A stretch of 63,025 nt of DNA, the filler included, from Bigelowiella natans CCMP2755 (taxonomy: Eukaryota; Protista; Cercozoa), in NCBI GenBank assembly GCA_000320545.1. It is 5 parts of 5 records of this genome, joined end to end, with 100 filler letters (N's around TTAATTAATTAA, not from the genome) between each part and the next. Parts side by side here need not be neighbours in the genome. Positions count along the whole stretch, not along the records: positions 1 to 23,543 come from ADNK01003002.1; 4 more parts are not named here. One strand, given 5' to 3'. Each line of letters begins with the position of its first letter. Positions within the stretch are counted from its first letter, which is position 1. The notes under the pieces are model-generated. The model had not been told where the DNA came from. It saw nothing but the letters and a program-made list of their open reading frames with translations, and searched no databases. Made by a program: the position numbers and the translations under genes. This document shows, one piece after another, positions 1 to 18,038 of the stretch.

Positions 1-59
1 TTCCCACCGCGCGCACTTTACACCGCCCTCACCCTACCTCTTTGACGACGACCGCATAG

Positions 60-829
60 CTAAGGTCTCGGGCGTGGGTACCAAGTTCTCCTCACAGCTG
101 AAGCGAAAATGCATCATCAAGGTCTCCGCCGGCCCGCTCAAAGGCGTGCAGGTGAAGATCGACAAGGTCCTCAGCGATACAGAGGCAACGCTGCTCAAGC
201 CGGTAACGTTTGAGGAAAAGAGCCCCGTCACAGCGGTTTACAAAGTCATCCCGCACCTCGATCATTCTCGGGTGTTCCGATCCGTTTATCGCCGCCTCAG
301 GAAGGGCGGCGCGGTGGGCATTTTCCCCGAGGTAGTTAGTTGCCCGTGCTGCTACTTCGGCGTCTACGAGAGCACAAGGCGCCGTTGTCAGCTGCCAGTT
401 GTTTGCTTTACCTGCGTTGTTGTTGTTGTTGTTGTTGTTGTTCTTGTTGTTCTTCATCGTTTTCGTCATCATCATCATCATGGTCATCATCTCTTCTCCC
501 CATCCTCCTCCTCCCTTTCTCCTCCCTCCTCTCCTTGCTGGGGCCAATCAATCACCAGGGGGGGTCGCATGACCGTACGGAGCTGCTGCCTCTCAAGGTC
601 GGCATTACGATCATGGCGCTAGGCGCGATGGAGGAGAACTACAACGGACCGCCGGTCAAGATTCTTCCGGTCGGGATTAACTACTTCAAAGGGCACCAAT
701 TCCGCAGCCGCGTGTTCATCGATATCGGGTCCCCCATCGTTCCTTCGGAGGCGATGATCAAAGCCTACAGGGTGAGAGAGAGCGGCGCACCACACCCAAC
801 AGCAGTCTTATGTTCCCGAACTATCTTCA

Positions 830-889
<60 letters not shown>

Positions 890-1536
890 GGTGCTACTAC
901 ACACAAACGCGCGCGCGCGCGCGCAACGCATAGACGACATAGCGCGACTATATTCAACGCGCTGACGCTGACACCCACCCTCAGGAGGGCGGCGACCAAA
1001 AGAGAACCGCGTGCAATGACCTCCTGCAGACGATTATGGCAGGGATTAAAGCGGTTACGCTAGAGGCTCCGGACTACGATACGCTGCAGTTCTTCAGGGC
1101 GATGAGACGGCTATATTGGAACTTAGACCGGAGGATGACGGCGGCGGAGAGATTTGCGCTCACCCAAGCATTTGCCAAAGGATACCCCGCCGTGAAGGAC
1201 AAGCCGGAGGTCAAGGAAATCTATACTCGGGTCAAGGAGTACATCACCATGCTCAAGGACTTTGCCATCTCTGATTACAGGTTGGTTGGGACTTCGGGAG
1301 GGGTGGAGTGTGGGGGGGGTTGGGGGGGGGGGGGTAGTGGCTGATCGAAGTTGGTGTGGATGGAAAGGATAAGCGGAGAAAGAGGGAAGTAGGGTGGTAT
1401 TATGAAAGTTATCAGCAAAATGTAACCACTTTCTCTGTTGTTTGACGGTAGGGTTCAGCTAGTTGAAGTACCGAGGAAGGTAAACAATCCTCCCCTTACC
1501 CCCGCCTCAAATCCTTTCCCCTTTGCCGGCCCCAAT

Positions 1537-1575
<39 letters not shown>

Positions 1576-2632
1576 AAGGAGAGAGGGAGAGCGAGTTTGC
1601 CAGCAAATACCATCTCAGCTAAGATATCGATATGATCCTGCTACGTGTGTTGTGCTGTCTTTATAATCGTTGTACCCCCCACTTTGGTAAAGAAAATCAT
1701 TTGTTCGTGACCTCATCTCCTCCCTTCTCCTCCTCCTCCTACTCCGCCCACGTTATTGTTTCCACCGCCCAGGCGTCAGCATCGCTGGACTTATGGGCCA
1801 ACGAGTGCTGTTTGGGTTGTTACTGTACCGAATCATCATCTTGATCATCTACTTCCTGGCGGCCATTCCTGGATCTGTAAGTTGCAGCAGCAGCGTCCAC
1901 GTAGAGATAGATGTTTCTTGCCGTCAGGGGATTGATAGCATATGTACACTGGGATATATGTAAGTTCAGCGGTGTGTGTCTGGTAGTGTGAAGGAGAATT
2001 TGTTGTGTATGTTCAGGGGAGAGAGGGGGGGTGGGGGGGGGTGGAGAGTGAATAGCATCATACTCAGCCCCACCTTTCAGTCGTCTTTCCCTAGTTTCAG
2101 TTGGACTCACCCCCATACCTTCCCCCCGTCTCTCTACCAGGTCGCCGCAGCTCCCTACTTCATCGTATCGAATCTCATCTCTGCGCAAAAGGCTCGTGCG
2201 GCGGCCGCGAAGTCAAGTGTCAAAATCGCCGGGCGCGACCTCCTCGCGACATGGAAGATTCTCATCGCAATGGTCCTCGTCCCCTCCCTGCATTGCTTTT
2301 ACACGTTCCTCCTCTGGTATCTCCTGGGGGAGACGGCGGCCATCATGTACTTCTTCTTCATGCCGTTCGTGTCGCTGCTCACGGTGCTCAGCTACGAGAT
2401 GGGGATGAAGATTTGGAACAGCCTCATCCCGCTTGTCTTGTCCATTATGAACAAGGACGATGGTACCAAGGTGGTGGCGATGCGCCGTCGGGTCAGGGAG
2501 CAGGTAGTGACCGAGAAGTAGCTTCCAGACTGTAGTCGTAACACGACGATAATCTCCTCCTCCCCCAGCACCCGTTCTTCTTGCGTGTCTCTGTTAGAGC
2601 TGCTGACTCGTGTCTAGTGCTGGATTTAATAA

Positions 2633-2671
<39 letters not shown>

Positions 2672-2866
2672 CGATATTCCACATTCTCTCTATCCCATCC
2701 CGCTCACCCTTCTCAATGCCGGCAGGTTCTCAAGGTCATCAAGGAGTTCAAATGGGACTCCGCGCTGATGGACAACGAGGAGATGAAGCACCTCTTCATC
2801 CAAAGCCTCTCGTCCCTAGAGCTGTACGATGCGGACGACGACGAGCTCGACACTTCCCTAGGGTAG
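60..2866 (+). CDS. Glycerol-3-phosphate O-acyltransferase, Gpt2/Sct1 type; 3' part, multi-exon, 5' end outside window
   Basis: GT-AG exons ~60-331, 559-771, 985-1280, 1452-1479, 1773-1876, 2141-2503, 2726-2866 give the acyltransferase motif GIFPE|GGSHDRTELLPLKVG, then PVGINYF..HQFRSRV and SSVKIAGRDLLATWK, typical of yeast Gpt2/Sct1-like GPATs. Phase of the small central exons is unresolved. Confidence 0.88.
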
Positions 2867-4315
2867 TAGTAGTAGTAGTAGCGAGGCGGTGAGGTGGGGG
2901 GGGGGGAGCGATGTGGATGGCTCATGAGTACGTGGGCTGATGTGAAGCATAGAGTGTGACAAATAGGAGTCAATAAGTAATGGCAGCAGTTGCAAGGTGG
3001 CGTGGGCAATCTGTTTTCGCCTATATATACCCGTATCACACGCATATCTGGATATTATTGTAAATGCAATATGCGGCAATATGCACACATGTCCCATTGT
3101 GCATGTACTATGACATGTGTGGAGTATCGTAGCGCACACGCGCATCTAGTCAATAATTAAAACGCGACAACAGTCCGGCAGATTCTCGTTAATTAAGGAG
3201 CTAATCTGATGTACGAGTCTAATGTTCATTCGAGCGAGCTAGCGAGCACGAGACTGAAAGAAAAATCCAACATGTTTTTTCGACTTTATGCGTACGTGCT
3301 AGCTAGCTAGCATGGCGCACTACTAGCGCAGCCAAACAATGAATACACTGTGTCATATGCATAAGTAAAAAAACAATTGCATGCATGCATGGCGCACTAT
3401 ATGACCCTTGTTAGCATGCTAGCATGCCAGCCAGCGGCAGCGTCCAGCTAGTGTTCAACATGCTAGCGTGCCGCTGTGAAGTGTCAAGGCTGTATGTGCA
3501 ACACCACTGTATGATTAACGTTTTGTTATATCAATGATAAAAATAGGATAGTAATTAATATGATATATGTTATATGTCCATGTCACATTCCGTTGTTCGT
3601 TCATAATGGACATAGCTCTAGAGCTAGATAGTGATATGATACACGACATGCATCATGTTGCGTTGTCTACATGTCAATGATTGCGTTGTGATGGCTAGAT
3701 GGCATCTAGCTATGCATGCCTAGATGCTAGCGCATTGTTAAATTTGGTTAGCTCGAGTGCACGATGATATTGGATCGATCTCAAAGAACGCGGCGAGCGA
3801 ATAAAAACGACGTGTTACCTCTAGGCCTAACAGCCACCGCTAGACCGTGAGAACGTGAATTGATCTCTGAATTGCGCTACATCATTGCGTTGTCACGGCC
3901 ACGCACGTGATGAAACCAAGCTAGCAAGGCAAATTGCGCGGCACACATGGCGCATTTAGTGTACACGTGCATGTGAAAGAATTGCTAGATTGATCGAAAT
4001 TTGCATTTAAGCAATTATTTTCATTTGTCAAATTTACCAAAGAAACACCGCATGCATTAGGTGCCTCATGTTCATGCACACACACGCACACACAGCCCAA
4101 ATGAATTCGAGAATGCTACGCACGCTGGCTGGGGGAATGGACCGTGTGTATACGGTCGTAGGTTCATGTACATCAAAACCAATCTAAGGCTAGATGGAAA
4201 AAACGTATCGCATGTAGCAAATTCGTGTATCCTTCTCATAAAATTTCACGTGATAGATCATTGAGATTAACCATAGCACTCTGGTAAGAAGTGTGCGAAC
4301 ACAAGCAATCGCATG

Positions 4316-5394
4316 TTAATCAGGATCATTATAATCACCAGCGATAATCGCATTTTTGCTTGATTGAGCCCCATCGCAATCTATCTTCTGTCGAACAGCT
4401 TTGCCTATTTTGTCTGATATCCGAAATTTGAAGTCGCTCCAAGTAGTCGAGCCGCCAAATTTGGCGTCTCCTCCCAGTTGAAATCCCAGAATCTTTGTAA
4501 TAGCTCTTTTCATAGAAAATCGCTTAATTTCTTTTTGGTCAACACACAGTGATATGTATTTTCGACCCTTTACAAAATGACCTTCAAGCTGGAAAGCTTT
4601 CCCTGATCTTATTCCACAGTAAATGCCAAAATCTTCGTTCGCTATGCTTCCATAACCTCTAAGCTTCGCGGCATCGAATTTTAATGTCAATATACTCTCC
4701 TTACCATCTTCAGACTCGACGATTAATAACGTGTGCCCGCCGTTAGCACGAATGGGCTGCAACAATATTCGAACCGAGAACGAGGTGTTCTCGATAATAG
4801 GAACCGGTTTTTCAAAGTATTTCTTGTCAGAAAACCGCACTATATTACGTCTGGGCCTCTGCTTGAAGGTTAACTTCAATCCTTCTTCCTTTGAATTATC
4901 GCTAGCAGGCGAAAATTTAAGCACATGACCCGAGTCAATGGTCTTGCTTCTGAAGACGTCATCGTTGGCATCGAGTAGGATCTTGTGCACCACACTGCGA
5001 TCAAGTTTGGATTGGTGACTGGCAACAGCTCGCCGGAAACGAGCCATGTGCCCGTTTTTCTCAATTTTACACTCGGAAAACCACTTTGACATCTCGTTTT
5101 CTTCCATAGTTAGCAGGAATAGAGCGCTTTCCTTAAGGCTATACCCAGCGGCCTCGACTGTAGAGCCGTAGACCTCCAGCAACTGTTGCACAACAGCATC
5201 TTCGTGTCAGCAGAAGCATCTAATGGATGAGATAAACGAGATACACGCACCTTAGACTCCTCTAAAAGGTCTCGTATGCATATGGACGGAGCAGATTGCG
5301 GAGCAGATTGCGGAGCAGATTGTGGAGCAGATTGTGGAGCAGATTGTGGAGCAGATTGTGGAGCAGATTGTGGAGCAGATTGCTTCCCCCCCAT
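4316..5394 (-). CDS. Putative N-myristoylated protein with (QSAP)8 linker, SAM-like helical domain and beta-rich C-terminal domain
   Basis: ATG at 5394 gives MGGKQS (MGxxxS). Donor AAG|GTGCGT at 5251/5250 and acceptor CAACAG| at 5183 (68-nt intron) join it in frame to the 291-aa ORF. AGYSLKESALFLLTMEENEMSKWFSECKIEKNGHMARFRRAV resembles a SAM domain (inference). Confidence 0.65.
5288..5383. repeat. Coding minisatellite, 8 x 12 bp GGAGCAGATTG(C/T)
   Basis: Directly visible; encodes QSAP repeats on the minus strand. Confidence 0.95.
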
Positions 5395-5763
5395 CACCGC
5401 TTCCTGTAAATGGATGATGGAGTATTATCTCCTTTCTCCTTCCGTTACGACATTCCAAGGAAGGGGTAAATTACACTTGCGACAACAAAACATAAATGAC
5501 GTATACAAAAAATTCCCATTGTATTTCCCCTCGATCTTGCTGGAAGCTGGAGGCCGATAAAAAGTATCATACTAGATCTACGAGCTCGTAGCATAATTTC
5601 TGTTTTGACTATGTCGCTGACGTAGATTTTCCCTTGAATTTTGAAGTTCCGACGCGGCATTTGTGTTTTTTCCTGACGACTTGTCTCGGACTTTGACGCA
5701 TGTAAAGAATTGCCTTGAGTTGCTGCAAGGGCGTTGTGGAATGGCTTCCAAGCTTCCGAAAGG

Positions 5764-7523
5764 ATGGCCCCCCGAGGTGATTCATTTACGTCCGCGGAAC
5801 ACCGAATCGAGATGAGGAACATAGCCTGGAGAATTTTAGTCGCACACACTCGTAGGCACCTGTCCTGGTGCTGCAGTTTTTGTGCACACAACAACATCAC
5901 AAATGTGCCCTGTGTAGATCGACTTCAAATCCGATTGCGACTGGACGGGAGTGTGTGAGGAGCTTCAGGCAAAGCTGAGACCCAAGCAAAACAACGAAAA
6001 AAGAGCATGCCGCAGCGTGAGAATCCGTGTCATTGAAGACGAAAACCATCCCGCGTACGTGTCAGCACTGTGTTCGCAAACGAAACTGGTGTCCTCGTCA
6101 TCGCCCATTTATTTTATCAAACATATCAATTGTTCCTTAGATATAGACAACGGGGACTATTCGCTGCAGGAACCATTAAACCGCGAACGCACATCATCGA
6201 CTATGTCGGCAAGGTGTTCTTCGTTCTGCTCACAGTAAAGAAAGATGCTTCTTTCATAGGCTGATCCATGATTACCCTGCATTCAACTCAGATACTTCCT
6301 GAATCCAAGGAATCCCAGACCTCAGATTACATCATCGCATTTACGGAAAATCTATCTATAGATGCAGAAAGTTTGTACTGCTTCCTCCCACACCCTGCCA
6401 CGAGAGGACGTAGCTAGCCCAATTTTGAAAGGAAACGTATTGCGTCGAAACGCCTGATAGGATGCATTTTCAGCAATAATGCAAGCGCATTGATGCCTGA
6501 AATTGTATAATTTGTATTGAGCTACGGCATAGTCTCCCTTACGGACGGTTACCATATTTACAGAGCACGGGAACGAGTCTCGATTCATCAATGATTTCAG
6601 AGGGACGGGCGGAAAGCAGAATGTCAAATTCGACACCTACGAATCTCAGGAGGGGGTACATCTATACGAACAATTCAATATTCATATCATGATGATACGA
6701 AGATAGAAAACACCGAAATTGCGCGCGATGCATTAATCGTGTCGTATACAACAGGTTTTCGGATTAATTTTGATACTAAACCGCAATATATCTCACTAGA
6801 GTTGATAATTTGAAAGAATGTTTGCTTTCTCCCTCTAGCGATTAGTTATCTTATTATGAATATAATGTGATAATTTGCTCCTGAATTTTGTTATCTTTAG
6901 ACTCGATTAGGAGTCTTTTCTATGAAGGAGCCTGTAAGAAAGGGAGAGGTACAATTCATTTTCACATTCGACACACTTAATTTGGAATGCGCCGTTGTTA
7001 GTGTAATTTTGCGTATTCACATTTAGTGCGCATTTCTTTTCATTCGCGCGTTTTTGTGTTTGCGAATCACTCGAAGCTTAAATTGATGGCAACTTTAGTC
7101 TTGGAAATTTGAATGAGAAAACGAAGTAAATCAAATTTAAATTGGCCTACTGTAAATATTTGCCAATTGTCCCGGTAGCTAGATTTGTCGTTAGAATCAA
7201 TATCAAGTGCCCAGGGTGCTGAAATATGCCTCCACTACCTTCGAAGTTTTGATGCATACTCTCTTTTCCATGATTAGGAATTACTTGTAACATATGGGCG
7301 AGGGTTTTGGAAAGCAAGGGGATTGCTCGCGGAGCTATCCAGCAAACATGAATTTAAGCAAAAGAACACAAATGAGAATCCCAAGGAGGCAAACACGAAT
7401 GCGAAGCGGAATATCTGTAGTGCAACCAAACAGCGAAGTAACGCTAGAAATCAAGAAAAGATGTGCAACAAGCCCAGAAAGAGTGACAGTAGAAAGAAGA
7501 ACAAGAAGAAAAAGAAAAGATAA
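5764..7523 (+). CDS. SET-domain protein (putative lysine methyltransferase), multi-exon
   Basis: Exons encode HPAY..QRGLFAAGTIKPRTHIIDYVGK, SDYIIAFTENLSIDAE, GNESRFINDFRGTGGKQNVKFD (~6568-6635), GVFSMKEPVRKGE|ELLVTYGRGFWK, i.e. SET motifs RFIN and ELxxxYG, followed by a Lys-rich tail. Start codon uncertain; first clear exon at 5918. Confidence 0.85.
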
Positions 7524-8429
7524 CCCTTCAGCTTTTGGCTGATGGAAATACTTTTTTAATTTGGAATGACAAAAATTGCATTTTGTGCAAAACTATGTTG
7601 CTAGATTGGCCAACATGAATTTCAAAATGCCATGTTCTAGTGTTGCAAGCATAGTCATGTTGAAGTGTTGGATGGTCGCGATTCACCTGCTAGCCTGCCA
7701 GCACTAGAGAGTGCTAGAATGATGTTTGATGGGACAAACAATCTTAGCACCCACTCTCTAGACTCTAGCACTGGGGTTGCGGAGATTTGCTGATTTGCAC
7801 ACACATCGCAACACAGGCACACTCACATGTGCACACTCTGTTGATCCACACAGTTGCAAGCTATCAGTCTGGCCACATGACATTGCGCGTTCACATCGAC
7901 CAGCGACGTCTGGACGCATCGTTCTGGTGTTGTGCAGATGGTTGACCATTGCCATGGCTAGATGTAGAGATGGGGACACGGGTCCCTCTAGCCCTCTTGC
8001 AGCACGCACACGTCCACCCGCTCGATCACATGGATTTCACTTCTTCGCACGCACAGCCATGTCGCAATCAAGTCTCTAGAGTCTGTGCTGGAGCAAGCAG
8101 ACAAGGCTGTGCGAACGTGTCCACAATCCTTGTCGTCTGTGCGTGATGCGATGATAAGATCACGATGATGCGCCACGCACATGGATGAACGACACGCAAT
8201 GCACATGCAGCAATGGTGACACGACGGCACACGAAGGGCTGGTCGAAGAACATTCATGTGCATGGCAACGGACATTGATCACCTTGAAGGACAATCCACA
8301 GCCTTCGGCTTGATCGAGGATGGTTTGTCAACCCGAGAAAATGTTTTGTCGCCATGCTGGATCGCCTTGAATTCATCCGCGCGACTGAGAATTGTGCTGC
8401 TTTTTCAAAAAATGGTCACAAGTAAAAAA

Positions 8430-9868
8430 ATGGCTTCCTTGTCTCTCGTTTTACTCGGCATTTTCACGATCACAAGTGATGCCTATTGGGACGAGGACAA
8501 AGCGGCTTCCACCGTACTGTTAGAGAATATTTCTCCTGATCGGTATGTGAAACTAGACTGTGATTTAACGCTTAGAACTTCTCTGATATTTCAGAATAAT
8601 GCTTAGAAACCGCAACGATGTGAGAATGTTCAAACGCATTCCTCGTTTTGAGCGCTCTTCAAATATATCAGTAGTTAAGGTATGCGGATGAACTGTGATA
8701 AACAGAACAAGAACACAAATATACAACCAAAAAGAGTTGCAATATTAATCAGACATCTTTGGAAGATGGAAGCCCATTCCTATGGGAGCACAAAGGGTCA
8801 AAAGTCTTAATGTGTCTTCAGCAGAAATGTGGAAGTTCTGCTTGGAAGCACGTTGTAAAGAAACAGATTGCTGATGAAGCCAACAGTACTGTTCATTATT
8901 CTCCCGGGGACATTCATAAAATGATGAAGACATATTATATCGAGAATGTAAAATCCGACGCTGACAATCAACTTCGAAATGTAGTAATAACTTTGAATGT
9001 GCATGCCCTCTGTGAATCATATTTCTAATAAATTTTCAAATACCATTTGATATGGAAATTTTCGACACATTCTCAAAAGAAAGATGTTGGTAAACTTTGT
9101 AGGGGGAAGACCCTCTGAGGCTCGTAATTACTCGAGAACCACTCAGGCGATTTATATCAGCATACATGGATAAGATTGGCCGATTTTGTGATAAGAATAT
9201 TGCTGAAGCGCTTGGTAGAACGGACAGATACAAAGTCAAAAAGTGCCTAAGAAGTTTAAAAACATATGCAGGTCTGTGAAGCTATATGGAGTGAGTAACA
9301 TCGTTCTAATACTATCATTACAACAGGAATCACGGACTGGGATGCCAAAGAGGATCTCACTCTATCAAAATTTATGGAAATATTCCTGAAGAAGATGTCG
9401 AGTGGTGTCCAATTAGAGGGCGGGGGGGTGGCTCACTTCACTCCGCAAACTACGCACTGCCAAATACGTCAGGGTCTATCTTACGATTACCATCTGAAGG
9501 TTGAGGAAATAAATTTATGGTATCAAGATCTTGTGCAACTAATGGGGCTGGAAGACATCGTTTCTTACGGCTGGGAGCACTTTTCTGGATACCCTTGTTT
9601 CTTCAAGATTAAGACTAGAAAGTGTGATGAAATGCTTTCTAGAAAACCTCTTCCCGCTAACGCAGAAATGGAAACGCATGACTACCATCCTACCAATGCC
9701 AACAGCTACCACATTCCTGATATCCCGCTCTACCTCCTCAATAAGTTCCAAAGGCTTTATGAGAAAGACTACAAGATATTTAATTACAAAGTATCTGATG
9801 ATTCAATGAAAGACTACGCATCATATGCATGTGTGTCAGAGTTACATGCACTTCTGAAACTGCAATGA
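8430..9868 (+). CDS. Golgi-type carbohydrate sulfotransferase (Sulfotransfer_2/CHST family), multi-exon
   Basis: N-terminal hydrophobic MASLSLVLLGIFTITSDA; 5'-PSB motif QKCGSSAWK; 3'-PB motif ITREPLRRFISAYMDK (~9127-9175); HFTPQTTHC, YDYHLKVEE and LYEKDYKIFNY. Short introns, e.g. 8543-8594. Confidence 0.85.
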
Positions 9869-10551
9869 ATTGCAGAGATTGATTCATAGAGTAGCTACAA
9901 CTAGAATTTCGAGATGTATATTCTAGTATTCAGTAAATTCCTGGGCTTTGGACAATAACAATATTGTAAAAAATACGATCATGGTCATGTATCACACTAG
10001 CGTAGTAAGTTTAATGAGTTGAGACGTTGAGACGCATAATCGCATTTTGACTATGCACATAGAATTCCATGCACGCAACATTTCGAACATGAGGACACAC
10101 GTGTACTATTTTTTTTAGAATTATCAGTTTTTTTAACCAAGCTAGATCGACCTTTCTAGCTTTAGTAGTTAGATCTAGTCATTCTAGCATTGCTGGATTG
10201 CTTGATCGCGCTTATTTGTTTCTGAGATGCTAGCTAGCTACGATGGCTAGATTGTCCATGTTGTGTAGTAAAGTCACCAGGCTAGCAGGATTTGTAGCGA
10301 CAACTAGACTAGCTAGCTAGGCACGCTATCCAGCTAGGCACGCTATCCAGCTAGCATGGAGATGTAGTTAGTCCGAATGAGAGCAGTCAAAGAGTACATG
10401 CTAGAAATCGACGTTGTGCATCTGCGTACAGAGCCATTGGAATTAAAATACACGTCTAGACGTTGACTAAAAGTCTCATGGGAGACCGCATGCACATTTT
10501 ATGTATTTCATCATCAGCAACAATAAGTCTTCGCTTTTGTTAAATGTGATC

Positions 10552-15967
<5,416 letters not shown>

Positions 15968-16475
15968 GGAACCAATTCTGTTCCAAACGCCATCTATGAG
16001 AAAAGCAACTTGCCTCACCCCCCCACTCTTGCACGAACCTGCCTGATGATTTGGCGTTCCTTTATTCTCAATACATTTTTTTTTAATATTTTCGCCAACA
16101 CTTTTAGTGCCACTTCTAAGGTGCTCAGATGGCAGGTCGACGAATAAATTAATGTCGCTAAAACTGGTTGCCCTCTATTTTCCCATTTTGACCACAATCT
16201 TCTCCGATGTTAGAATCGCGCGTGCAGAGAAACAGAGAGTTTCGTCCAGAAGAGAGTCCGTTTTGAGAGTGCGACTTCTCTTGGATGTTGTCGAGTCGAT
16301 TTCACGCATGTACCCCTTACAAATTCTGGTATTCGATAAAAGGCATGTTTTCCTAGCCCGCGACATTAAATCAACAATATTTGTGTTGCTGTTTCCATCG
16401 CTACAATTTTGGGTGACCACTCTCATCCAGACTAACGTTCGAATATTTGATTTACTCCAACTTGGCGGTCAAGGG

Positions 16476-18038
16476 ATGCTATCCCACTGGTTTAGATGCG
16501 CAATCATCCTGTTCTTTGTCAATGTACAAAGTCTGCAGCATTCTCCCTTGAAGATTTTGGCTGTGAACATCGAGAAGACGAACACAACTGAAAGTCAGCC
16601 CAGCTTTATACCTCTCCAAGTATCATCCGAAGGGTACAATGATCCAGTCAGTACTGAAATGGTAGGGAAACCTGAAATTGTTCGGATTCTCCAGTTTGAC
16701 GAATGGAAGCACAAGTCACAACATGATTTTTCCCCTGATATCTTTGACTTTGAGAAGGCATATCATCCTACCTTGACCTACATTAAGGAAGTCAAAAATA
16801 GTGATCGGCTTGGTCTGCAATATTTCTTTTGGAATTCAAACCAAAATAGCAATAACAAATCCATACCTGTCCATGTTTCATTGAGACCAATTGGAAAGAA
16901 TCTCGTCTCGTTGTCATATCAGGTTGCATGGAGCATGTCGCATTCAATCAGCCTTGTTTCTGGCGTAGAGTGTGACTCAGATATTTGTCCGGAGAGGTTA
17001 GATCCATGGGTATGGAGCAGGATAAGCCGGTGTCAGCTTCGGGATATTGCTCCAAATAATGATGATGTGAAAAAAAGCTGGGGTTGCTATTTCCAAATGC
17101 CCAATGTGAGAACCCCTCCTGAGAGAGATGCAAGTTTGGGGCTTGCTGACATGATTGAAGAGCACATGGTAGACCAATCTCTAACCAAGCTACGACGATT
17201 TTTGTCGGTAAAGCACCTTCAACCCAAAAAGAAAAAGAAGAGACCGGCAAGAAAATGGGGGTTCTCTCTTCTACATGGCATCACGAAATATCCGTTTAAA
17301 GTGGTCCAAGCTATGACATATTCGTGGGCGCAATCTGTTCGGTACCTTCTCTCTGTAAACAAACCCACGAATGACGAAGTTGCGGAAATGAAACAGAATA
17401 TTGATTGGCCAGATTCCAGTGAGCAGACTGGTACAATAGCCAGCATTCACCTTCGACGTGGAGACGTCGGCACTTTCAGATGTGCCCATAAGCAGTCATA
17501 TAGAAGCTGTACGTTACTGGAAAAACAGCTTGCTCGTCTCCGTTCCATGTCTGAACAGTATAATGTGACTCATGTGTATCTAATGACCGAAGAACCGAAA
17601 GAAGTTGAGCTTGCCCGCCAACTGGCTCCAGAATACAAATGGATGTCTCTGTGCGAACATGTCAACGCGAAAATCAAAATGCCGAGGAATACAAGTGATC
17701 AAGACTCAATGGATTTGGGCATGGAAGATTGGTTACTAACAATTAGTTCGGAACCAGAATTTGACGGTAAAATGATTCAAAAGCACGTCATGTCATTATT
17801 AGCAGAGATTCAATTGTTTGCGGAGGCAGACATTCACATAATTGAACCATTGAGTTGTACGTCTATGCTCTTGTGGTTATATAGCTATGGACGAAAAGGA
17901 TACATACCTCCTCACGTGCCTTCGATTTTTATGGCCCAAAAATCGAGCATATCCAATGAATCAGAAGATAATTCGACTACGACAAAATCCATTCCAAGCA
18001 AATGGTACACACTACTTCAGATGTGTTATGGTGGATAA
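16476..18038 (+). CDS. Intronless fucosyltransferase-like glycosyltransferase (GT23/FUT8/NodZ-like), copy 1
   Basis: Likely start MLSHWFRCAIILFFVNVQS (signal/anchor, shared with copy 2). Motif I SIHLRRGD, motif II VYLMTEEP and motif III-like LAEIQLFAEAD match alpha-1,2/alpha-1,6/O-fucosyltransferases. Confidence 0.75.
   Translation: MLSHWFRCAIILFFVNVQSLQHSPLKILAVNIEKTNTTESQPSFIPLQVSSEGYNDPVSTEMVGKPEIVRILQFDEWKHKSQHDFSPDIFDFEKAYHPTLTYIKEVKNSDRLGLQYFFWNSNQNSNNKSIPVHVSLRPIGKNLVSLSYQVAWSMSHSISLVSGVECDSDICPERLDPWVWSRISRCQLRDIAPNNDDVKKSWGCYFQMPNVRTPPERDASLGLADMIEEHMVDQSLTKLRRFLSVKHLQPKKKKKRPARKWGFSLLHGITKYPFKVVQAMTYSWAQSVRYLLSVNKPTNDEVAEMKQNIDWPDSSEQTGTIASIHLRRGDVGTFRCAHKQSYRSCTLLEKQLARLRSMSEQYNVTHVYLMTEEPKEVELARQLAPEYKWMSLCEHVNAKIKMPRNTSDQDSMDLGMEDWLLTISSEPEFDGKMIQKHVMSLLAEIQLFAEADIHIIEPLSCTSMLLWLYSYGRKGYIPPHVPSIFMAQKSSISNESEDNSTTTKSIPSKWYTLLQMCYGG

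Noticed and set aside
5288-5383. Regular repeat that might be read as a CRISPR array
   Set aside because: Head-to-tail 12-mers with no spacers, coding, in a eukaryotic context.
16107-16475. N-terminal 123 aa of the 643-aa ORF
   Set aside because: Non-ATG start, mostly not shared with the paralog and overlapping the divergent promoter; ATG 16476 is preferred.
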